From: Sphyrna mokarran
Lineage: Eukaryota
NCBI GenBank assembly: GCA_024679065.1
Contig: JAGIQG010000014.1
Span: 6,758,001-6,822,000, forward strand
DNA length: 64,000 nt
Direction: 5' to 3'
Shown: positions 1 through 12,123 of the stretch, in pieces
Layout: each line of letters opens with the position of its first letter
Position numbering within the stretch: the stretch's first letter is position 1
Made by a program: the position numbers and the translations under genes
The notes under the pieces: generated by a model
Databases searched by the model: none
Seen by the model: only the letters and a program-made list of their open reading frames with translations
What the model was told of the DNA's origin: nothing

Positions 1-855
1 ACTTACAACTTGGACAGCAACGAATCAGGAAGGCAACTCACTATCCGAAGAGCAGCGAAAAATGAAAAATAAAGGACGCGGATGCCCACATCGCACAAAT
101 AAATAAAATGAATGCGACCAGACAAATGATTTATTTCTATACAGTAATTTGCTGTGCTGCAACTTTGACAACTCAATCCATCACCACGAGCATTGTGTCA
201 GGTGATGCACCGACCAATTGTATAAGTGAGCGCGGCGGCAGGTTGGGGCAATCCGTTGAACTTAGTGTCTTAAGTTTACTTTCAAGACTTGCACCCAATA
301 TCAAGTGCGCTAACCGTAATATTCACCCATTATGTAAATAATAATACTCTTTCTAATGAATCAGTGAGATGACAAAATAACTATTGAAGTTAATTCGAGG
401 CGGTGGGGTTCTAACGTTTATCATCAGCGGAAGGGAGCTGTCGGGCACAGAAAGGGAAACAACGGAACTGATTTGCTGTCCCGCGGAGAGCAGCAGCCTC
501 CTGAACAGGTTTTCTTTTTCCTTGAAATACATTCCAGTGATTTTTGCTTTCCGGAGAGGCAGAATTTCGAGGTATTGTCATCTTTAAGAAGTAAGAATAC
601 AGATTGTTACTGCAAATAATTCGCATGCAGATCTATGAACTTTCGGAAGGGAAGGGTATCAACCTCAATATCCGTTAATGTGGGGAGGGAATTTAAACTT
701 CAGGTGTCACATTCTTCTGAGCTGAACCGCGGCTCACACGCCATGCCAACCGTTGAGACTCTCACTGATATTCAACAATTTATCTCGGGAGAGAAAAGAC
801 ATTGCAATAATGACGTTCTCGCAATCAGTTTGCTGAATCAGTGAGCAGTGAGTGA

Positions 856-1328
856 CAAAGAACAAAGAACAAAAAACAAAACAGCCGGGAAATAGGCCCT
901 TAGGCCCAACGAGCCCGCGCCGCCACCTCGATGTTCCCACTTCTACCCATGATCCCTGTCATCCCTGTCTATTTTTATAGATCTATGCATAAGAACCAAA
1001 TTTCAGACAATTGAGGGAGAATTTGCTCTGCCAATCAGCCTAAGAGCATATCTTTGGAATGTGGGAGGAAATCGGAGCACCCGGAGAAAACCCACGCCAG
1101 CACGGGGAGAATGCGCAAACTCCCACAGGCACAGGCCCACATCCATGTACCCGCACAGCACAGGAAAAGTCACTGAGCTGTCGTGTTACCCATCAACTGG
1201 CCCAGGTCAAGCGTACACTAACAATGTGAAGCAAAAGGCTACTCTTGAAAAATCAAAGAGCAGCCTTCTCACGTCCCATCGCGTGTATGCCCCTTGTTAT
1301 ACAAAGCGGACCGACGTCCCTGTAGGAT
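856..1328 (-). mobile_element. Composite V-SINE (HE1-like) with extra ~140-nt 5' head, intronic
   Basis: Reverse complement contains the V-SINE central domain (gtgggagtttgcgcattctccccgtg...tcctcccaca), a CR1-type 3' end and a (TTCTTTG)n tail. Confidence 0.8.
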
Positions 1329-1472
1329 AAAACAAATACATCAATATCATCGACAATTTACACATTTCCCAGAGAACACCCAAGGCTCATGATGCCTATC
1401 TTAAATCAGTTTTCTATATCTCTCCATTCCCGGTACTCCGCAACTGTGAGACAACACGGTGAATTGACGTAC

Positions 1473-1542
1473 CGGGCGTACCAAAAGCTGCCAGCACGGG
1501 ATAGAAAACTTCATTGACCTGTAGAATTAATGGGCGGGCCAT
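1473..1542 (-). CDS. First coding exon of GPR139-like GPCR copy C0; its second exon lies left of the window
   Basis: ATG in acaATGg context at 1542. Encodes MARPLILQVNEVFYPVLAAFGTP plus 1 nt, followed by donor GTACGT. Homologous to the other four first exons. Confidence 0.8.
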
Positions 1543-2439
1543 TGTGATTTCGAGAAGAATGCAAACGTTTTGCTCGATGCACCGTTGTGCGAAAGATTGC
1601 TAGACTGTCGCCTTTTGTACTGTAATACATTCCCTGAGGCGAAAAAAATCAGGCTACGCACTAATTGCGTCACTTTCAGCAAATTAAATCAAAATATCCC
1701 TTTCCTCTAGAGGTAATCCGGTTGGCCAATCGACAATCTGTTAGTCCATGAAGCTCCGTCAATTGACATCCGTGATCAGGCAAGAATCCCGGAGCGCATG
1801 TGTTCTGCGCTGGCTCGCGGGAGTCAGAATAGACCATCACCATGGACACAATATTTGATTCTGTCAGCTTCATCATGCACGTATTTAAACGATGCATCTA
1901 ACGTGCAGCTCACGTATATTTCGCTCCTGTGTCCATAACTTTTCATTGATGGGCATTGTGAAAATTAGTGATGAATAGCCGTTATTATTTGTAACAATTA
2001 CCTTACTTTCCAATTTCCTGAATTGTTGGAAATAAACTACAAATTTTCCATTAGTGTTAATCTATCATTATCAATGCTAATTGAACTTCAATATGTATGA
2101 GCAAATGAATCATAACTTGAAGTGATACTATTTCAGAGTGTCTCTTGCCTAACCGTGAAATATAGATTAGGTTTTGTTCATTCTTTACCGTCCCTCTGAC
2201 GCACCAGTAAGAATTTGAGAGCCAGAGCTTGACACAGCTTAATGGACACGTTGCATCACTCTGAACGAGTGGCAGCAAGCTACTGCTGGCGATTGACCTC
2301 AATGCAACCGAGCTGCAAAGAAAATTTCAGAGCGCATTGATATATTTTTCCTTTTTGAGATTTCAGTCAATCAATAAGCGATGAAAATAGTTCCTTGCCG
2401 AGTGGGCACGATATTTCATACATTGAAATTGTATTTGCA

Positions 2440-2820
2440 GAAGTTTCCCCTGATCACTTGGCCAGTACTTAATTTGAGAAAATGTTTGTTGTCTTGGATG
2501 ATAACTTGCAATGTTGTTTTGAAACATTTCTTTTGTGCGCCACTGAAATGTACGCTATTCTTCAGTTCGGCACCGAAGATTTGAGATGAAATCAGTTGTC
2601 TGGCATTCTGGCGATTGCATCAACTCATCAGAACACTTTTCCTCATAACATTGAGAAAATCTTGACCAGACTGCATCTTCCGAGTACCTGTGTGACTGAG
2701 AATTTGTCCTGTGTCTTGATTCTGTAACGTTTGTTGAGGCAGCAAAGGTAGTTGGCTTTGAAGCATTGAAACCCAGTTGTAAAATTCTGACATAAAACGT
2801 ATATTGTGGAGTTCTGGGTG
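2440..2820 (-). mobile_element. Decayed RTE-clade LINE ORF C-terminal fragment (paralogs near 16920-17280, 30320-30700, 42990-43365, 57475-57835)
   Basis: Translates to YLCCLNKRYRIKTQDKFSVTQVLGRC..IFSML...IARMPDN...QIFGAELK...GAQKKCFKTTL. This fits the RTE pattern RCLRRILxIxWQDK...VLxR...RMxDxR.PKQ..YGEL...KRFKD.L. Confidence 0.65.
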
Positions 2821-2864
2821 TGAATTGTCATCAGAGTGCAGAAATACCAATCATCATTTTAAAA

Positions 2865-3083
2865 AATCCTGTGATCATCATGAATGAATTTTCATAAATA
2901 CTTGTCGGTTTCACTTATGCCAATGGGGAAGGAAACATGCCATCCTTACTTACTGTCGTCTGCACGTCAGTCCAGGTATACAGCAATCTATTTGACTCTA
3001 ACTGCTCTCGTAAGGACGATTTGGGATTAATAGTGAATTATGAATTCTACCAGAAGTGACCCCATCCCATAACTGAACAAAAA
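2865..3083 (+). mobile_element. Old SINE 3' half (SacSINE/DeuSINE-like; paralogs near 17325, 30745, 43415, 57880)
   Basis: ggtttcacttatgcc..ggggaaggaaacatgccatccttac...cagcaat..ttgactctaactgc...catcccat..gaacaaaaa resembles the common elasmobranch SINE body and tail. Confidence 0.55.
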
Positions 3084-3289
3084 GGACTTTTCACCTTGAC
3101 ATCAACCTCCAACCCCACCTCAATTACATCATGTCCATCAATCCAATGACACCATGCCCCGCCCTCCATCGTCCTGAGGACAAAAAAGCATAGTTCACAA
3201 TAGTATGCCAGTTCATTGCCGGTGAACTGCTTTCGTGTTCTTTTTTTTTTACTTCCAAAAATCATGCCTGCAATTGCTAATTGAAATCG

Positions 3290-4565
3290 ACACTTACTTC
3301 ATCTGGAGATGCCAAGAAGAATATTCTATACTGCGGTCTCACTTCAGTAGCCTTTGATATGCTCATCCCAACATCTGTCGAAATGCACAAAGGTAAGTCT
3401 ACAGTTTTGTTCAGGATTTCATTCTATTCTGCAATTTCATCATTCTTTGGTCACAAGTAACATTGATAGTCTCAATGATGATCTTTTATTTCCGTTCTAA
3501 AACAGTGCCATTGTTTCTAGTTTCATCAAAAAAACTGACTTCCTGTGCCTTGCGTGCTTTTCGTCATCCAAAGGTCATGATTTTTTTTTTTGCTAGCGTT
3601 AGTGTACCTCTGCTTCCATTGAATTGTAATCATTTTGAACACGCATGACAATACCCTTAACTGATGCGAACAAATCTGAAACATTCAGTGAAGTTGCAGC
3701 AATCTTTGGCAATGGTTTTCTGGTGGCATTAATTTTTTGAAGCAAGTGGCTCCACAAAACATTAAAAATAGCAGTGTCACACATTTCAAATTTCTCTGCT
3801 AAAAATTTTGTTCAACGTTCTCTTTTTTTAATTTGATTTCTTTGAAAAGACTTATTTCATATTAACAAAGTCCAGTTTCAAAGTCAAAACGACCTATGCA
3901 CGACCGGGCCACCTGATGTACAAAAGTCTTGACAAAAGTTTTAAATTTGCTTGTTCCAGGACTGATTGCAATGCATTCCACCGATGTATGGAAAACGGAT
4001 AATAGACATATTATTTGAACCCTTCAATAGAAGATATAGAGCTGGATTTATTACAGTGTTGCAGTTTCAAGTCAAAAAGAAATTGGAACATGGGACGAAC
4101 AATTCATAGTTCAGTCCCCTCTAAATCTGGATAGATTCCTCCTGTCTCCATGGCATCATCAAGGCTCTGACCAGTACCAACTTTCAAACTGTAAACCACA
4201 AAATTTGCAATAAATTCCAAACATTATTACCTCCAGGCAATCAAAAATATGGGATTGTAGCTGCCAAATATTTCATCCCACTGCAGCGTTGTTGGCCACA
4301 TAGCTCAAAAGTATTGTTAATTTGTCATACACGATTCACATCTCGCGTTGAATTGACTAACATGGAATGTTTTTTTAAACATTTTTTACTTCATTCGTGA
4401 AATGGTTTCTGAATCACTCTGTCAGACTACTGGTGAACTTAGCATAGGCCCTCAACAATAAAATGTTCGTCTTCCTAAGGCATAATACCGATGACTTTTG
4501 AAATGCTCTTGGATAAGTTTATCAAATTCACTGAGATAGTCAAAACATTTTCTTGAGGCTATATG
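3290..4565 (-). mobile_element. Decayed hAT-superfamily (Tip100/ZMYM1-like) transposase relic
   Basis: Minus-strand translation across stops and frameshifts gives, in transposase order, CFDYLSEFD, SMLVNSTRDV..DKLTILLSYV, GQSLDDA, FVPCS, SIHRW, IRWPGRA, DTAIFNVLWSHLLQKINATRK, FFDET and IETINVTCDQ. Confidence 0.75.
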
Positions 4566-4790
4566 GTTGATATTTTCCTACGTTATAAAATATTTGCCCA
4601 ATGTTTTCCCACTCCATTAATATACCTAAGTTATAAAATGTTTTTATCATTCTCCCAATCAGCGTTTTGTCCTAAATATGAGCTATCTATCGATTTCAAT
4701 GTGGTGCATTCGCTTCCTACCTCCGATTTATTAACATGTATTGTAAACAATTGCGGACACAGCACTGATCCCCATGGGAGTTCATTGGTT

Positions 4791-5625
4791 AGAATTGGAC
4801 AAGTGCAGAGCTGGGCCGAGAGGTGGCAAATGGAGTTTAATGCGGAAAAGTGTGAGGTAATTCACTTTGGCAGGAATAACAAATGTGTAGAGTATAGGGC
4901 TAGTGGTAGGACTCTTAATAGTGTTGAAGAACAGAGGGATCTTGGTGTATATGTGCACAGATCCCTGAAAGCTGACAATCAAGTCGATAAGGTTGTTAAG
5001 AAGGCATATGGAGTCTTAGCTTTTATAGGTAGGGGGTTTGAATTTCGGAGCCGCAATGTCATGTTGCAACTGTACAAAACTCTAGTGCAGCCGCACTTGG
5101 AGTCTTGTGCGCAGTCCTGGTCCCCGCATTATAAGAAAGATGTGGACGCACTGGAGAGGTTACCGAGGAGGTTTACCAGGATGTTGCCTGGTATAGAAGG
5201 CAGGTCTTATGAAGAGAGGCTGATGGATTTGAGGTTGCTTTCGTTAGAAAGAAGGTGGCTAAGAGGAGACTTTATTGAAACATATAAGATGATTAGAGGT
5301 TTAGATAGGGTGGACAGTGATAGCCTTTTTCCTAGGATGGAGAAAGCTAGCAGGAGGGGACATAGCTTTAAATTAACGGAAGGTAGTTATAGGACGAATA
5401 TCAGAGGTAGGTTCTTCACCCAGAGGGTGGTTGGGGCATGGAATGCCCTGCCTGCTGCAGTTGTAGATGCGCCACGTTTGGTGGCGTTTAAGAGGTTAGT
5501 AGATAAGTTTATGGACGAAAAGGGAATGGTTTAGGTTGGAGGGTCATTGCTTTTTCCTAATTGGTCGGCGCAACGTCGAGGGCCGAAGAGCATGTTCCGC
5601 GCTGTAGTGTTCTATGTTCTATGTT
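4791..5625 (+). mobile_element. 5'-truncated young CR1-clade LINE (ORF2 C-terminus, 3' UTR, (TTCTATG)n tail)
   Basis: Translates to [21 protein letters not shown]...LYKTLVQPHLE...FFTQRVV. The empty site ggtt|actg is seen at ~19734, ~32640 and ~60532. Confidence 0.92.
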
Positions 5626-5904
5626 ACTGGTCGCCAAAGAGAAAATTTTTCATCATTTTCTGTTTTTTTTCAATACAGAATCGGTTGATTGATGTTACTT
5701 AACATTTCACGGGAAAGAATGACAGAGAATAGATGGGATCGCATTTTACGACAAATCGCATATTCAATAATTTTGCAATTCGTTAAACCAATCTCTGACC
5801 ATTTTATAATTCCACGAATGTTTTCACAATGCAATAAGTGTCATTAATAAATGCAAACCTCAAAGCAGTCCGAAGCTTTTCCGGCGCAACGGCAACTGCA
5901 AATT

Positions 5905-5969
5905 GTTTAGTTAGTCAAAGCGCTTGCCTAGTAATCGGGGCATCCTGAGTTCAAATCTCAGCGGTGCCG
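5905..5969 (+). pseudogene. tRNA-Thr(AGT)-derived pseudogene
   Basis: Resembles vertebrate tRNA-Thr-AGT (GCTTAGTTGGTTAAAGCGCCTGTCTAGTAAACAGGAGATCCTGGGTTCGAATCCCAGCGGTGCCT, recalled from memory) from the D arm to the 3' end, followed by a T run. The 5' acceptor strand is missing or displaced and the stems are mutated. Confidence 0.75.
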
Positions 5970-8059
5970 TTTTGAATTTGTTCTGAGCATGGTGTCAAAT
6001 CAAAACAGCGACATCGAGAAAGACAGGAAGTGCGGTATAAAATTTCTGGAGGCCCATAATCTGTTAGTTATCCTGCCTTTTTGAACCAATTTGATTCCAA
6101 TGTTGCACCTCCTCCGCAAATACATCTCTCCTACTTCTTACATTTTGCTTTCATAAAGTTTCAACCTTTCTTCCGATTCACACAGTTTCTTACATTGCAC
6201 TGTTAAACTGAACGTTAATGCTATCATCAAAATTCCCTTTGGCTTGCGTTCCATGACGTATTTGGGAAATCGCTGTTCGCTGTCAGCGACCACTGCACAT
6301 CTCTTTTGATCCGTTATGTGCTGCAGCAGATTCATACTTATTATGTTGTTTTTGTTGCAGGTTTTTGCAAATGCACCATCAACGTGTTGAATGGTTGCAG
6401 CAAGAACTGTGTGAAAGGATGCAACAATTTATGTTACTGTACGTGAGATAGGAAAGATTCAGAAGGGGTAAATGGTGAAATTTCTTTGATTAAGACTCGG
6501 ATTGATCTATCTCTAGCTTTTATGTTTCACACAATTTAGAGCACAGTTTCCTGCATTGACACTCAACCCCATGGAACACCAAATAAAATCCTTTCTCACA
6601 CGCACAATCCGTCTCTGGTTCTCTGTTTCCCCAAAATTAATGAAATCTTCCAAATCCGTTGAAGAAGCAGTGCAGATAATGGGTGACAGCAATTGTCACA
6701 TCACACGGTACTAGCAAGGTGAAAGTCAGACAACTTCTAAAATGAAGCCAGTCTGTATGTGAGGGAAATGCGCTGGAGAGGATAAACTACCAAAGATCGG
6801 AATATGCAAATAAAAGCGGGAGCCGTGCCTTTAATCAAATAGTGAAGGCAGCCATGCTGCTTCAAATTGGCCATGAAACATTTAGCCTGGGGTTCAATGT
6901 GCTACTCAGTGAATGGGCGCTGCTTTCAATTTCAAGAAACCACAAAAAATGAGCAAGTTATTGGGTCATATCTTCCGTACAGAATCACGCCGGAAGGAGA
7001 TTGTGCGTCACACGTACGCGTCTTGTCAATACGGAAGTCCCTTTGTGCACTGTAAAGGCGCCATGTTCAAACCTCTGAGTGCCTTGATTTAATCGCTTTC
7101 AGGATTGGAGCGCTCTGCTGAAATGACTATGATGAGACAACGCGAACCTCTCTTCCTGAAGGAAAAGTAATAGTTGAGGATATGTGCCTGTTTGTTTGCA
7201 CTTTTGTCTGCTTCTGTTGAAGCGAATGGAAGAAGCACATATATTCCAGCTCAGTTTTTCTTTTCCTTTCTCGAACCACAAAAGAATCTAATTGACTGCT
7301 AAATGTTCTCTCGGGGGCCATTTGAGATGAACAGTAAATTGTGTCCGAGGCCAACAGCTCCCCCGTCGCACAAATGGATAAAAACTGCTGCCCTTCGTTT
7401 ATTCAATTTGCCATCATATGTATATAAGACCTGAGTCTTCCGGTTGGGTGTCACGTATGTACTTACTCTTTTCCTGATATTAATAATTTCTTACAGCGAT
7501 ATTGCCCACATGATGGACTGTGTTTTTGAGCACTTGTTTATGACAACATCGCGTAAATTACATCTCGGTTGTTTCCTGACTAGTTCACTAATTTACCATG
7601 CACAGCCGCAGTGAAGGTTAGCCTGTGCACAACACTGAACAGGAAACAATCGTTTATTTTCTGGCAAACTATTCCAAATGGAGGGATTGAAGAAGTTTGA
7701 CTGGTATCTATCCTGCATTTCCCCTTTCATTGCTGCAGCTGCCAAATTATATCAGCTAATATGTGCTGCTCAGGAATGCAAAAACAATGCAATCTCCAGG
7801 ACGAAGCGATTAATCATCTGGATAAATTGCGCCTATTGACATTCTGTAGGTTCTGAATCGATATCAGGTCCATGCATGTTGACGAATTCTGATCAGGTGA
7901 TGCATACGAGAAGAACTACAACAGGATAGATGAACGCAGACTACTTGGATGAACTGATCGATCGGAGACAAATGACAAAGAGCGGAAAGATTATATTCAT
8001 TTTAAGCTCTCGCATTTAGCATTGAATTGGGGAATGACATTATGCCACAAGAATCATCA

Positions 8060-11000
8060 GATGGCATCTGCCATGTGCAAGTATCTGTGGTCTGATGCTG
8101 CCTGTGGTCGAACGCGGCAGTTGTAGTGCAAGACACTAGCTCTGTGTTACATAGCAACTGTAGTGTAAGTCAATCCACACAATAAAGCAGTATCTGGTTT
8201 GAAACAATTGCTACAGTTTTAGAAGAAACCGCAGTGTCCGGTAGTACTTGTGGTGTAATGCAGTAGCTGTGGTGTAGGGCATAACCAGGTAAGGTACATG
8301 TAATTTAAATCTGATCCAGCAATTTCAGAGGATAACTGATCTGCAAGTCAGAACTGTGGTGTAAGGTATTAACTTTCGTGCAAGGCAGCATTTGTGATGT
8401 AAGGCAGTATCTGTGGTCCAAAGTGGAACATGTGTTGTAAGACACTTCCTGCGGTTTAAGATATATCCGTGGCGCAAGGCAGCATATCTGTAGTAGGTGG
8501 CACCAGTTATAAAAACCTTTGATATAGTGCAGTACCTGCAATATAAGACACTAATGAAGAGCAGACAGTTCCTCTGGTGAAGGCAGTATCTATGTGGTGA
8601 GATATTGTCCGACGATGTAAGACAGTACCATCTATGTGACATCGTTACTGCTCTGAGAGGAATGTCGTACAGTGAAGAGAGTATTTGGATTTGGAAGGTA
8701 TACCTGTGGTGTAAATCAATACGTGCCGTGTAAGGATGTGAGTATAGTGCAATACAATACCTTTGGTGCAATTGTTTCCTGCGCTGGCAAAAAGCTCCAG
8801 TACTGTAAGGCCGAAACTATGAGGTAAGCAAGTGCATGTGCGTAAGACAACACCTGTCTTTGCAACGCAACAACTGCGGTGTAAGGCAGTACTTGCCTGG
8901 TTAAAATCTAGGTCAGAAATTTCGTGTGTTTTATGAAGTCATAAAACTTTATGTTTTGCGTTTTGAATTTGGTTTGGATAACCATGAGATGCTTCACTTC
9001 AGATATGAATTAAACGACAGACCAGTGCGCTTTAATCAGAAAATTTAATTCCAGAATACAGTTAAGAGACCCAAAGAAAATTAGCAGTAACTTTTACCAA
9101 TCGCAAACAATAACAGAAACAACGATGATTTGTCAATCTTCAGAGCACAATGTGCCGTACCAACATAACACACTTACTAACATATGCACTTAATTTCGAT
9201 TCAACACAGAAAATACAAATGCTCAATGACGTTTCAGTTCTACAAACCATGTGGTCCTTTGGATGGAGAAATGAAACACTGCCTTCTGCATTCATAGACT
9301 CCCACACTGTGCATATACTGCCACTGCTCTCCTCCAGCTAGCAAACTACCAACAACAAAATGTTCATGCTGAAAAGTACGAAAGTCTACTTCCACTAGCC
9401 AGCAGAATTTTTATTGCCAGGGAGGGACAAACCATTGCATACAGCCTAGAATCCAAACAACTTCCAACAAACCAGCAAGAGAAACTGAAAGCAAAAGATC
9501 TCCTTCGAGGAAAAAATAAAACTCTTCCGCTTGCCCTGTCAAAAATCGGCCCCCAGCAATTCCAAAGTTGCCATAAACTCCATGAGAATGTATTACGCCT
9601 AGATTGAAAATAAATAAATAAACAATTTAATAACTTAAGGAACAATTAAATGACATTTAGTAGGCGGCTCAATGCCAGCTTCTTACTACAGCAAACATGA
9701 TTAAATTGCATTTCTTAAAGCATAATAGCGTCACTTGTGCATTATTAAACGTTCCTTGAGGTGCAAAGTGTATCAGTTGCAGAACACAAAACTTGTGGTT
9801 TCAGGTAGCAGCTGCGCGAAAAAAAACAGTAACAGTTTTTTTTTAGGGAGCATCTATGGTGTAAGGCAGTAGCTGTGGAGCTATGTTGTGCTTGCAGTGC
9901 AGGGCATTACCTACGGTGTAATGCAGTAGCTATGTTTTAACGAAATAGATTCAGTGTAAGACAACATGTATGATGTAAGGCAACATCTGTGGTTTAAGAC
10001 ATCAGTTGTGGTGTAGATAGCAACTGAGGTGTAAGGCAATAACTGTGCTGCAAACCAATTCCCGCAGTGAAGAAAGTACCTGCAGCCTGTGGAAGTACTT
10101 GTCGTGAAAGGCAAAAGCTGTGGATTAAGGTCTCAATGATAGGCCTTTAACACTGTGCTGGTGACGACAGTACCTTTATGTAAGGAAGTGTCTGAGATGA
10201 AGTCATTCCCCTCGGTGTAAGGTAGTATCATTGGTGTCGTTACTGCACTGTAATGCAGTTCGTGGAGTAAAGACAATCTACGCTTTGAAAGGTAGTACCT
10301 GCGGTATAAAGTAGAACATGTAGTGGAAGGCAGTGCTTATAATGAAGGCAGCCACTACGCTGAAGGCAGACTTATGGTGGGAGGCAAGCCATTGCTGCAG
10401 TGGATTGTAAATAAAAAATATTTGTGGTAGAACGCAACACCTACAAGGAAAGATGATACATATGGTGTAAGAAAGTAGCTTCAGTTTAAATCCTGTTGTG
10501 TAATGCAGCTTCTGAAGTTCAGGGTAGTTACTATGGTTTACATAGACACTGCGTTTTTAAGCAACGCATGCAGTGTGAGTTAGTTCCTTTAGGGTCAGTG
10601 ATACCTGCAGTGTAAGGCAGAACCTGTGGCATAAGGCAATAGCTGCAATATCTGCTGTGCAAATCATTAGTTGTAGTGCAAGGCAATATCTGTTGTGCAA
10701 TAAAATTCCTGGCGTAAGGCGGTATCGTTTTGGCAAGGAAGTAGCCTCGGTGTAAAAAATGTACAATGCGGTCTCAGTGGTTCAAGGTAGTACCTTTGGT
10801 TCAAGTTAGTATTCTGCTGGAAGTGAGCGAATGTGTTTTCAAGGAGAACCTGTGGTGTGAGACATTGGGTGCGGAGTTCGAGAGCAACTGTGCTGTAACC
10901 AGAAACTATGGTGTATGCGTTGGCATGTAGTGGCAGTAGCTGTGCTGCGAAGCATCGCCTGTGCGTAAGATACAACCGGTGGCGCAAGACAGTTGCGTGC

Positions 11001-11610
11001 GGTGTACCTGTTGTACCTGTTGTGTAAAGAAGTTGTTCAAGTGTGAAACAACATCTTTGGTGTAAGGCCGCATCTGTGGTGGAATGCAGCGTCCGCGGTT
11101 CAAGGTAATACCTGCGGTGCAATGTGGTACCCCTGTCGTAAGGCAGTATGTGGTAGAAGGCAGTCGCGGTGGTTTAAGGGAGAAACTGTGGTGTATGCAT
11201 TGCCTGCGATGTAAGGCAGGGACGTGTAAGGTAGTGCTGCGGTATCAGGCAGAAGTCGCAGCATCAGGGAGTAGCATGATTCAGGATAGTGCCTGCAGTG
11301 CAGGACGATTCCTGTCATGCAATAAATCACCTGTGCTGGAAGGTGGTTCATCGGGTTTGTATCTGCTGTATCTGTGGTGAGCCTGCGGAGAAAGTATAAG
11401 ATAGCCCCAGTGGTGTCGGCAATACCTGCTGTGTAATGTTGAACCTGTACTGTAGTCAGTACCTGCGGTGTAGACAGTAGCTATGGTGCAACACAGTTCT
11501 TGTAATTTAAGATAGCACCGACAATGTAAGGCAATAGATGCGCTGCAAGGCAGTACCTGCGATGTATCGTAGAACATGCGGTGTAAGACTTTGCGTATAC
11601 TGTACGGTAG
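8060..11610. repeat. Degenerate 19-bp minisatellite (consensus about GGTGTAAGGCAGTACCTGY), split by a non-repetitive insert at ~8900-9770
   Basis: Recurrent gtgtaaggcagta.ctg motif at ~19-nt spacing. Source of the many spurious YCL/HRY-rich ORFs. Confidence 0.85.
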
Positions 11611-11631
11611 TTAGGACTGATGCGAACTCAT

Positions 11632-11906
11632 AGCTTTATGAGGGACACAGCGTTAAATTAAGGGGTGGTGGTTATAGGACGGATGTCAGAGATAGGTTCT
11701 TTACCCAGAGGGTGGTAAGGGTATGGAATGCCCTGCCTGCGTCAGTTGTAGATGCGCCAAGTTTGGTTGCGTTTAAGAGGTTAGTAGATACGTTTATGGA
11801 CGAAAAGGGAATGGTTTAGGTTAGAGGGTCATTGCTTTTTCCTAATTGGTCGGCGCAACATCGAGGGCCGAAGGGCCTGTTCTGCGCTGTAATGTTCTAT
11901 GTTCTA
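11632..11906 (+). mobile_element. Short CR1 3' fragment inserted ~220 bp 3' of the gene A stop codon
   Basis: Matches 5355-5625. Absent at the equivalent sites near 25302 and 37931. Confidence 0.88.
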
Positions 11907-12123
11907 TTTTACTCCACTATTGAATGATAACATTCGTATTTTCACTGATCGCACAGATTGGAGTAAGCCGCTACAGAAGGAAACACTAAAACTTACTGAC
12001 GAATAGCAGTAGGCATCAGAAGATACAACAAAGAATGGCCCAGTACTTCTAGGGTCCCTTATTTAAAGAAACACGTTATATTTTTGTTGCAGGAAGGCCG
12101 GCACTCAAACATGAGCTTCACTA

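Noticed and set aside
1664-2622. C/EBP-ATF (amino-acid response element-like) motifs TGACGCAAT, TGATGCAAC and TGATGCAAT upstream of exon 1
   Set aside because: Attractive given GPR139 ligands, but these are short motifs, one lies in an RTE relic, and sharing between copies only reflects recent duplication.
3290-4565. hAT transposase as an active element driving the array amplification
   Set aside because: It has many stops and frameshifts shared across units, no terminal inverted repeats were found, and it was already dead before the unit was duplicated.
4563-5534. 323-aa ORF, open in both copies (also 45097..46068), as a possible domesticated LINE-derived gene
   Set aside because: It is a chance fusion. 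The first ~76 codons are the antisense strand of an old CR1 fragment and the rest is a young CR1 ORF2 C-terminus lacking the RT core. The two copies differ by about a dozen amino acids, many at conserved CR1 positions, which fits neutral decay.
5905-5969. Functional tRNA-Thr genes
   Set aside because: No 5' strand to pair the acceptor stem, and mismatches in the anticodon and T stems. Kept as pseudogenes.
6100-7900. Recurrent short ORFs in each unit as a possible second gene or a Tx1/L1 relic
   Set aside because: Stops and frameshifts differ between units, there is no consistent splice pattern, and the motif resemblance was too weak to assign by eye. A BLASTx against TE proteins would be needed.
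8305-11577. Cluster of Cys/His/Tyr-rich ORFs up to 151 aa, resembling zinc-finger or repeat proteins
   Set aside because: These are translations of the 19-bp minisatellite in several frames. The period is not a multiple of three and the frames are not kept between units.
9770-11610. CRISPR-like repeat array
   Set aside because: Monomers are contiguous and degenerate with no unique spacers, there are no cas genes, and the context is a vertebrate genome.
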